From Brevibacterium luteolum (GTDB taxonomy: Bacteria > Actinomycetota > Actinomycetes > Actinomycetales > Brevibacteriaceae), in contig NZ_JABEMC010000001.1 of assembly GCF_013004595.1 (NCBI RefSeq), positions 434,001 through 498,000 on the forward strand: 64,000 bases of DNA. The letters run 5' to 3'. Numbering within the stretch: position 1 is the first letter of the stretch; each line of letters opens with the position of its first letter. The translations under genes were made by a program, and so were the position numbers. This document shows positions 57,053 to 64,000 of the stretch, in pieces. The notes under the pieces are model-generated. The model did not search any database. It saw only the letters and a program-made list of their open reading frames with translations, and was not told the origin of the DNA.

Positions 57053-58369
57053 ATGAACAGGGCACAGCAGTCCTCGCACATGTGGCTGTGGCTGCTCGTG
57101 GCAGCCGCCGTGTGCACGCAGACCGGTGTGTATTTGCTGCGGCCGGTGACGACATACAAGCTCATCGACCTCGGCACCGGGGCGACCTCTGTTGGTCTCG
57201 TCACTGCGATCTACGCCCTCGTCCCGCTCGTGGCGGCACTCGCCCTCGGACGCCTATCGGATCGCACCACCCGGCTGCGGCTCATGGTCCTTGTCGGGGC
57301 GCTCATCCTCGTCGCCGGCGGCGTGCTGCTCGCGCTCGCCCAGTCACTCGTGCTCGTGGCAGTGGCCAATGCGATCCTGGGCATCGGCCATCTCGTCTTC
57401 ACGATCGCCGGACAGTCCTCGATCGCCCGCTACGCGCGGGCCGATCAGCTCGACTTCGGCTTCGGTTGGTTCACCGCTGCATACTCCGCCGGGCAGATGA
57501 TCGGTCCGCTCGGTGTCACCCTGCTGCTCGGCAGTCAGGCTGCCACCCGGACTGGCGAGGTGTCGCTGGCGTTGTGGCTCGGTGCGATCATCACCGCTGG
57601 TGCGGTGCCGCTCATGCTCTTCAGCTCCCGGGCCTTCCAGCCCCGCCAGCAGGGATCGACCGGTCCCGAGGCGGGGGCTGAGCCCGAGGCAGAGGCTGCG
57701 TCCGGGGCACCGGCCGGTCCCGAGGCGGGGGAGCGGACTGCAGACCCGCAGCCGGAGACGGACGCACCGGAGACGTCGGAGCCGGAGCAGGCGCGCGTGC
57801 GCTCGATCCTGTCCAACGGCGACATCCGGGCGGCGATGCTGTCGTCGCTGGCGCTGCTGGCCGTCCTCGACATCCTCGTCGCCTTCCTCCCGCTCGTCGG
57901 CGAGGAGCATGGTGTCGCCCCGGCCTGGATCGGCGTGCTGCTGGCCGTCCGCGGTGTCTCCTCGATCATCTCGCGCGTGTTCCTGCCGTACTTCTCCCAC
58001 CGCTTCGACCGCAGCCTGCTCGTCTTCGTCAGCGTGCTCGGTGCCGGAGTGTCACTGATCTTCCCGCCGATTGTGCTCGACTGGATGTGGCTGGCGGCGC
58101 TGTTCATGCTCATCAGCGGGTTCTTCCTGGGGTTGGGTCAGCCGCTGACGATGGCGCTCATCACCTCATCGGTGCCTGCGGCCTGGCGCGGTTCAGCGCT
58201 GGCGCTGCGCCTGATGGGCAACCGGATCGGGCAGGTGGCGATGCCGCTCATCGCCGGTGTCGTCGCCGCTCCGGTCGGGCCTGCGGCAGCGATCTGGTGC
58301 GGGTCAGGTCTGCTCATCGCTGCGGCGGCGAATCAGTATCACCGCAACCGTGCCGGCGGTCAGGAGTGA
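57053..58369 (+). CDS. MFS transporter
   Basis: GRLSDR motif A, about 12 TM, acidic repetitive central loop. Confidence 0.88.
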   Translation: MNRAQQSSHMWLWLLVAAAVCTQTGVYLLRPVTTYKLIDLGTGATSVGLVTAIYALVPLVAALALGRLSDRTTRLRLMVLVGALILVAGGVLLALAQSLVLVAVANAILGIGHLVFTIAGQSSIARYARADQLDFGFGWFTAAYSAGQMIGPLGVTLLLGSQAATRTGEVSLALWLGAIITAGAVPLMLFSSRAFQPRQQGSTGPEAGAEPEAEAASGAPAGPEAGERTADPQPETDAPETSEPEQARVRSILSNGDIRAAMLSSLALLAVLDILVAFLPLVGEEHGVAPAWIGVLLAVRGVSSIISRVFLPYFSHRFDRSLLVFVSVLGAGVSLIFPPIVLDWMWLAALFMLISGFFLGLGQPLTMALITSSVPAAWRGSALALRLMGNRIGQVAMPLIAGVVAAPVGPAAAIWCGSGLLIAAAANQYHRNRAGGQE

Positions 58370-58428
58370 CAGGGCAGGCGTCTGGTTGAGAGACAGACGC
58401 GAAGCCCAGGCGCCACAGCGTCCGACTC

Positions 58429-59781
58429 TCAGATCCCGAGAAGCAGCTTGGCGATGCCGAAGTAGATGAGCAGACCCGACGCGTCGACGAAGGTTGTGAT
58501 GAACGGGTTGGAGAACACGGCAGGGTCAGCACGCAGCGCCTGCGCTGCCATCGGCATGACTCCGCCGACGGTGGCAGCCATCGTGCACACGCAGACGAGG
58601 GTGAGCCCGATGACGAGTCCGATGTGGAAGTCGTACACCGCAGTTGTGAGCAGGAACCCGAGCGTGCCGAGCGAGACGCCGAGCATGAGACCGACGAGGA
58701 ACTCGCGGCCGATGACCTTGAACGAGTCCCGCGGCGACACATCGCCCAGCGCCAGAGCACGCGTGACCGTCGTCGCCGCCTGATTGCCGGTGTTGCCGCC
58801 GGTGCCGATGAGCAGCGGGACGAACACCGAAAGCACGAGCATCTGGCTCAGTGTGGCCTCGAAGACCTCCAGCACCTGCACTGTCAGCGTCGCCCCGATG
58901 GCGAGCACGAGCAGCCAGATGATGCGCGAGCGCATGAGTGTGATGATCGAGGTCGACATGTACGGCCGGCGCAGCGGCTCCGAACCGGACATGCGCGCCA
59001 GGTCCTCGGACTCCTCGTCCTCGAGCACCGTGAGAGCATCGTCGATGGTGAAGATGCCGACGAGCCGCTGCTCGGAGTCGACGACCGGCATTGCGAGCAC
59101 CTTCGCCTCCGCACACCGGCGGGCAGCGGTCTCGATTGGGGTGCGGGCGTGGACCATCTCGGGCTTGACCATGAAGTCGCGCACGAGCGTGTCCGGCGCG
59201 GCTTCGATGACATCGCGCAGGCTCACCACACCGGTGACGATCCGGTCAGCGGTGAGCACCGGGATCGTGTACAGCGTCTCCGAGTCCTTCGACCGCGCCC
59301 GCACATGCTCCATCACCTCGGCAGCGCTGGCGGTCTCGAGCACGTGGATGAGCTGCGGGCTCATTCGGCGTCCGACCGAACCGCGCGGATAGCCGAGCAC
59401 GATCGCCGTCAGCTCCCGCTGCGAGCGATCAAGGGTGCGCAGCATCTTCGAGGCGACCCCGGCCGGCAGCTCATCGAGCAGTTCGACGGCGTCATCGGGA
59501 TCGAGTTCGTCGAGGACCGCGGTGACCTCTTTGTCCGTCAGTCCGTTGACGAGCTCGCCGCGCAGCTCCGCGTCGAGGGCGTCGAAGACCTGGGCGGCGC
59601 GGTCCTTCGACAGCAGCCGGTAGACCACCGCCCGATCGCGCGGGTTCATCCGCTCGATGACCGCGGTGACATCGCTGACGGTCATCTCATCGAGGGTGTG
59701 GGTCATCGCATAGACGTCGTTGCGGTCGACTGCCTCCTGCAGCGACTGTTCATAACTGGCGCGCAGCTCCTCAATCCGCAT
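58429..59781 (-). CDS. mgtE: Magnesium transporter
   Basis: LDPDD N-domain, CBS pair, GTGGNTGNQ, DPA..S.PFITTFVD. Confidence 0.93.
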   Translation of the reverse strand: MRIEELRASYEQSLQEAVDRNDVYAMTHTLDEMTVSDVTAVIERMNPRDRAVVYRLLSKDRAAQVFDALDAELRGELVNGLTDKEVTAVLDELDPDDAVELLDELPAGVASKMLRTLDRSQRELTAIVLGYPRGSVGRRMSPQLIHVLETASAAEVMEHVRARSKDSETLYTIPVLTADRIVTGVVSLRDVIEAAPDTLVRDFMVKPEMVHARTPIETAARRCAEAKVLAMPVVDSEQRLVGIFTIDDALTVLEDEESEDLARMSGSEPLRRPYMSTSIITLMRSRIIWLLVLAIGATLTVQVLEVFEATLSQMLVLSVFVPLLIGTGGNTGNQAATTVTRALALGDVSPRDSFKVIGREFLVGLMLGVSLGTLGFLLTTAVYDFHIGLVIGLTLVCVCTMAATVGGVMPMAAQALRADPAVFSNPFITTFVDASGLLIYFGIAKLLLGI

Positions 59782-59858
59782 GTTCCAACACCCTCCTTCT
59801 GTCTCATCGGCGCTCAGCGGCAGGCGCTGAGTTCATCCGCATCTCCTATGCTGGGTCC

Positions 59859-60836
59859 ATGTATGACGCGCAACACATCGAACGCATCCGCACGACGACG
59901 AAGCGGCTCGATGCACTTCACTCCGCCAGCTACTTCTCCCCGGCGGTCGCCCGCGCGTTGGCCGAGATCGGGCTGACGCACCCCTCTGGCGGGTACTTCG
60001 CTGCGCGTTCGGCTGCGCTCGGCCGGGTGCCGGCCTCGGTCGTCGCTGCGACGTTCTACAGTTTCAACGCTGACTTTATCAGCGAGTTCGTCCCGGCCTG
60101 CTGGGATCTCGCCGCGCCCGAGGCGGTGCTTGCCGCCCGGCATCGCGGGGTCGAGGAGATGATGGCTGAGATCTTCACTGCCGAGGGGGTCGAAACCGAT
60201 GCGCTGGCCGATGCCGCCGCCGAGGTGCTGACGCTGCTGCAGCCGGTGCTCGAAGTGATGCTGCCCGACGGCCGGACGCTGTTCGCCGCCCATGCCGAGG
60301 CGCTGTCGGAGGGGATCGCCACCAGTGACGGCGTGCTCGCGCCGCTGACCCAGCTGTGGGCAGCGGTGACGCTGCTGCGCGAATACCGCGGTGACGGGCA
60401 TATCGCTGCGCTGCTGGCTCACGATCTCACCGGTTTGGAATCGGTCATCCTGCATGTGGCCAGCGGTACGAGCTTCACCGCGCGGTCCGCGCGCCGCTCG
60501 CGCGGCTGGTCGCACGAGATCTGGGAGACCTACGTCGAGGGGCTGATCGACAACGGCCTGCTGCAGCGCACCGGCCAGCACACCGACGCCGAGGCGGCCG
60601 ATCCGGAGCAGGTGGCCACCGGCGGGCTGGCGCTGACCGATGAGGCGATCGTGCTGCGTGAGGCGATCGAGGACGCCACCGACGACACCGTCGCCCATGC
60701 GTGGAGCATGCTCGATGAGCATGAGCTTGCCCGGCTGGCGGAGCTGGCGACGCCGCTGGCGCGCACCGTGGTGAAGTCCGGGGTGTTCCCGGCGAAGGTG
60801 TTCGCGCCGGGGTCGGGAATGGTCAGGCGCCGCTGA
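59859..60836 (+). CDS. Conserved actinobacterial protein (SCO6745-like)
   Basis: YFAARSAALG, ATFYSFN, LREYRGDGH..AL, IEDATD; TATGCT 6 nt before ATG. Confidence 0.75.
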   Translation: MYDAQHIERIRTTTKRLDALHSASYFSPAVARALAEIGLTHPSGGYFAARSAALGRVPASVVAATFYSFNADFISEFVPACWDLAAPEAVLAARHRGVEEMMAEIFTAEGVETDALADAAAEVLTLLQPVLEVMLPDGRTLFAAHAEALSEGIATSDGVLAPLTQLWAAVTLLREYRGDGHIAALLAHDLTGLESVILHVASGTSFTARSARRSRGWSHEIWETYVEGLIDNGLLQRTGQHTDAEAADPEQVATGGLALTDEAIVLREAIEDATDDTVAHAWSMLDEHELARLAELATPLARTVVKSGVFPAKVFAPGSGMVRRR

Positions 60837-61419
60837 CCGCTTGGGCGGCTGCGGTCGCCTCATCCCCGGTCGGCTCTTCGGCGCGGAAGAGCAGTGTGCG
60901 GTAGTACTGCAGCTCGCGGATCGAATCCTGGATATCGCCCAGCGCCCGGTGCCCGCCGGTCTTGGCCGGGGCGCAGTAGTAGGCGCGCGGGTACCAGCGC
61001 TTGGCCAGTTCCTTGATCGAGGAGACGTCGATGATCCGGTAGTGCAGCACCTCGACGAGGTGCGGCATCTGCGCCTGCAGGAACTGTTTGTCGGTGCCGA
61101 CTGAGTTGCCGCCCAGCGGGGCGCGCACCGAGGCGTGCACATGCTGGCGGATGTAGTCGATGACCTGCTCTTCGGCAGAGGCGACATCCGTGCCGGCATC
61201 GAGCTCGTCGATGAGCCCGGAGGCGGTGTGCATATTCGTGACGAATTCACCCATCTGGGCTCGGGCCGCATCCGAGGGCCGGATGACGATGTCGATGCCT
61301 TCGTCGACGGGGTTGAGGTCGAAGTCGGTGACGATGCACGCGATCTCCACCAGCTCGTCGGTGCCGACCTTGAGGCCGGTCATCTCACAGTCGATCCATA
61401 CAATCTTGTCGGTAGCCAC
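60823..61419 (-). CDS. orn: Oligoribonuclease
   Basis: WIDCEMTG, MH..SGL, GNSV..D..FL, HYRIIDVSS, HRALGDI; GTG 61419 after TAGGAT. Confidence 0.94.
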   Translation of the reverse strand: MATDKIVWIDCEMTGLKVGTDELVEIACIVTDFDLNPVDEGIDIVIRPSDAARAQMGEFVTNMHTASGLIDELDAGTDVASAEEQVIDYIRQHVHASVRAPLGGNSVGTDKQFLQAQMPHLVEVLHYRIIDVSSIKELAKRWYPRAYYCAPAKTGGHRALGDIQDSIRELQYYRTLLFRAEEPTGDEATAAAQAVSGA

Positions 61420-61445
61420 AGGAGCAATCCTAGGACATGGCCGCC

Positions 61446-61500
61446 GGCCCACCGCCTCGGGACTGGGGCCCACCGCCTCGGGACTGGGGCCCGCCGCCTC
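61446..61500. repeat. 21-bp tandem repeat x2.6 upstream of orn
   Basis: ggcccaccgcctcgggactgg at 61446 and 61467, partial at 61488. Confidence 0.9.
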
Positions 61501-61666
61501 AGTGCCGGCGTCCTGCGCCTGCCGACTGAGCGAACACTCAGACTGAGCCGCTAGCCTGGTCGGCTGTCCTCCGCCGCGCCGGGTCACCCCGGGATCCTGA
61601 GGCGGGTCAACTACACTTGAAGCACGCGTGCGCACCCGCGCCTGAGCCGTTGAACGAAGGGACTCC

Positions 61667-63301
61667 ATGCGCTATTTCCTAGCCGGACTGCTGGTGATCG
61701 CCGGCCTCATCCTCGGCGGAATCGGGATACTGCAGAAGACCGCCTGGGCACCGGACACCCAGATCACGAGCTCGGCGACTTTCGACGATCCCGGCTCGGT
61801 CATCGTCGTCGAGCCCGGGGTCCTCAACCTCTACGAGACCCCTGCTGAGCTGACGGTCGAAGGCGAAGGCGAGATCACCATCGCGCAGGCCAGCAAGGAG
61901 AACGTCGACGCCTGGGTCGGCACGAGTGCCCACACCACTGTCACCGGCGTCGACGGTGAGGGAGGGCTCGTGACCGAGAAGGTCGACGGCGAGGAGAACA
62001 CCACTCCGCCGATCGCCGGCGCGGACCTGTGGAACGCCGAGACCACCGCAGCCTCCCCGGCACAGCTCGAATGGGTCCAGGACGCCGGACGCACGAGCTT
62101 CGTCATCGGCACCGACGGAGAGAATCCGGCCGCCTCGAAGGTGACGCTGGCCTGGCCGAACGACACCGCAACCCCGTGGGCGATCCCGCTCATGATCATC
62201 GGCGCGATCCTCATCGGACTGGGCATCCTGGCCGGCTGGTTCAACCGCAAGAAGGCCATCCGCGAAGCCCAACGCCGGCAGGCCCGCCAGGAGCGGCGCA
62301 AGAAGCTCGCCCAGACCGGTGCCGCGTTTGCGATCGTGCCGGTCATCGCGCTTGCCGGCTGCGGTTCCGAAGAGGTGCCCAAAGCCAAGCCGTCTGACCC
62401 GCCGGAGACCCCGGTGGCCGTCATCGACGACGGGCAGGCCGAGAAGATCCTCAGCCAGGTCGCCGAGACCGTTGCCGCCGCAGACAAGGACACCGACGCT
62501 GAAGCGCTCACGGCCCGTGCCGACGGCCCGGCTCTGCAGCAGCGCGAAGCCGCCTACAAGGTCAAGGGCAAGGCCAAGGACGCCAAGTTGCCCCCGGCCG
62601 TCGCTGCCGATGAGATCGCCCTGAACTTCACCGCCGCCTCCGACCAGTGGCCGCGGGTGACCGAACTGGTGACGAAGAACGCCGAGGACGGCAGCCTGCA
62701 GCTGCTCGTGCTCTCCCAGGCCGACCCGCGGGCTGACTACAAGCTGTGGGCGCAGACCGTCATCCTCGGCGGCGCCCAGATCCCCGAGGTCGCTGATGCC
62801 CGGCAGGGCGCAGAGCTGCTCCCGGCAGACGCCGAGGGCCTGCGCCAGACCCCGGCCGACACCGTGAAGAAGTACGCTGAGGTGCTCGCCAAGGGCAAGG
62901 ACGCCAAGGATGCCGGCGCCTACACCGAAGACGCCCTGCGCAAGCACATCGCCGATGCCCAGAAGAAGCAGAAGGACACCCTGTCCGAAGGCAAGGCGAA
63001 AGTCGAATACAAGTACGAAAGCGGCCCCGAGGTCGTCGCCCAGCGCACCGCCGACGGCGGGGCACTGGTGACCGGCTCGATCCGCGGCACCTCGACGATC
63101 ACCCCGGACAAGCAGGACGACCGCACCGGCGAGATCACTCTGCCCAAGACCCAGGCAAAGGTCACCGGCGAGAAGACGACGAAGAAGAAGCTGGAGACCG
63201 AGTTCCAGTACATGGTCACCTTCGTCGTCCCGCCCGGTGAGGACGGCCAGATCACCCTTGTCGGATTCAGCGAAGCACTCACCGGAGCCAAGCTGCTCTG
63301 A
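61667..63301 (+). CDS. Hypothetical membrane protein with two soluble domains
   Basis: N-terminal TM, second TM, basic stretch then internal hydrophobic segment ending LAGC. Confidence 0.8.
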   Translation: MRYFLAGLLVIAGLILGGIGILQKTAWAPDTQITSSATFDDPGSVIVVEPGVLNLYETPAELTVEGEGEITIAQASKENVDAWVGTSAHTTVTGVDGEGGLVTEKVDGEENTTPPIAGADLWNAETTAASPAQLEWVQDAGRTSFVIGTDGENPAASKVTLAWPNDTATPWAIPLMIIGAILIGLGILAGWFNRKKAIREAQRRQARQERRKKLAQTGAAFAIVPVIALAGCGSEEVPKAKPSDPPETPVAVIDDGQAEKILSQVAETVAAADKDTDAEALTARADGPALQQREAAYKVKGKAKDAKLPPAVAADEIALNFTAASDQWPRVTELVTKNAEDGSLQLLVLSQADPRADYKLWAQTVILGGAQIPEVADARQGAELLPADAEGLRQTPADTVKKYAEVLAKGKDAKDAGAYTEDALRKHIADAQKKQKDTLSEGKAKVEYKYESGPEVVAQRTADGGALVTGSIRGTSTITPDKQDDRTGEITLPKTQAKVTGEKTTKKKLETEFQYMVTFVVPPGEDGQITLVGFSEALTGAKLL

Positions 63302-63338
63302 GTTGCAGCCGCCCCATGCGAAAGGAACCCACACGAGC

Positions 63339-64000
63339 ATGACCGAACACCCAGGAAACCCCGCCGCCGGCAGCCAGGGACTCGACCTGTCCGCCGTGCG
63401 CAGCCGCAGCCAGGCCGAGACCGCACCCGCCGCCCCGGTCGGCGGCGCACCCGCCGGTGGTGCACCGGCTGCGGGTGCCGACACCGTCAGCGTGCCGGCC
63501 CTTGTCTTCGACGTCACCGAGGAGACCTTCAACGACGTCGTCGAACTGTCGATGAGCGTCCCGGTCGTCGTCGACCTGTGGGCCGACTGGTGCGGGCCGT
63601 GCAAGCAGCTCTCCCCGGTGCTGGACAAGGTCGTGTCCGACTTCGGCGGCAAGGTCGTGCTCGCCAAGGTCGACGTCGACAAGAACCCGCGCCTGCAGCA
63701 GGTCTTCCAGGTCCAGTCGATTCCGACGGTCGTGGCGATCCTCAAGGGCCAGCCGGTGCCGCTGTTCCAGGGCGCCCAGCCCGAACCGCAGGTCCGCCAG
63801 GTCTTCGAACAGCTCGTCGCCGCAGCCGCGCAGAACGGCGTGACGAAGACGGCCGTGCCTGCCAGTGAGCAGGCCCCGGCCGCCGCCGGTCCGGCCCACC
63901 CCGAGGCGATCGAAGCACTCGAACGCGACGACCTCGACGGTGCCGAGCAGATCTACCGCAAGGCTCTCGCCGAAGCACCGGCGGATGAGGAGGCCCGCCT
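63339..64000 (+). CDS. Thioredoxin-domain/TPR co-chaperone (YbbN/CnoX-like), 3' end outside window
   Basis: Manual translation from ATG 63339: VPVVVDLWADWCGPCKQLSP, LAKVDVD, VQSIPTV. Confidence 0.88.
   Translation, partial: MTEHPGNPAAGSQGLDLSAVRSRSQAETAPAAPVGGAPAGGAPAAGADTVSVPALVFDVTEETFNDVVELSMSVPVVVDLWADWCGPCKQLSPVLDKVVSDFGGKVVLAKVDVDKNPRLQQVFQVQSIPTVVAILKGQPVPLFQGAQPEPQVRQVFEQLVAAAAQNGVTKTAVPASEQAPAAAGPAHPEAIEALERDDLDGAEQIYRKALAEAPADEEAR

Overview
High-GC actinobacterial chromosome segment; gene content suggests Micrococcales, probably Brevibacterium-like (inference). Left part is core metabolism: partial D-Ala-D-Ala carboxypeptidase, sdhCDAB, mannose-1-P guanylyltransferase, M20 amidohydrolase, BMP lipoprotein, adenosine deaminase, TamR-like MarR regulator divergent from sucCD, DUF559-type nuclease, Usp, methyltransferase, NAGGN osmolyte operon, tRNA-Leu, bcp, orphan groES-like gene, tRNA-Lys. 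An accessory stretch follows: a 2678-aa LPXTG adhesin with 19 Ig-like repeats, two surface proteins, tRNA-His, a 48-bp MITE-like insertion and a low-GC islet encoding a RloC-like SMC ATPase. Right part: amino-acid symporter, GNAT, an 8-gene cluster around an 'anchored-repeat' (TIGR03769-type) metal ABC uptake system, tctCBA, MFS, mgtE, orn and a partial thioredoxin-TPR gene. Best leads: a dispersed over-represented decamer CCCGAGGCGG that also seeds tandem repeats; the MITE with TIRs and an 8-bp target duplication; the RloC-like islet; Cys1->Ser in the NAGGN amidotransferase; a perfect 23-bp-arm palindrome before the DUF559 nuclease; and the multi-receptor metal relay with a permuted domain. 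All family calls come from motif recognition by eye, not database searches.
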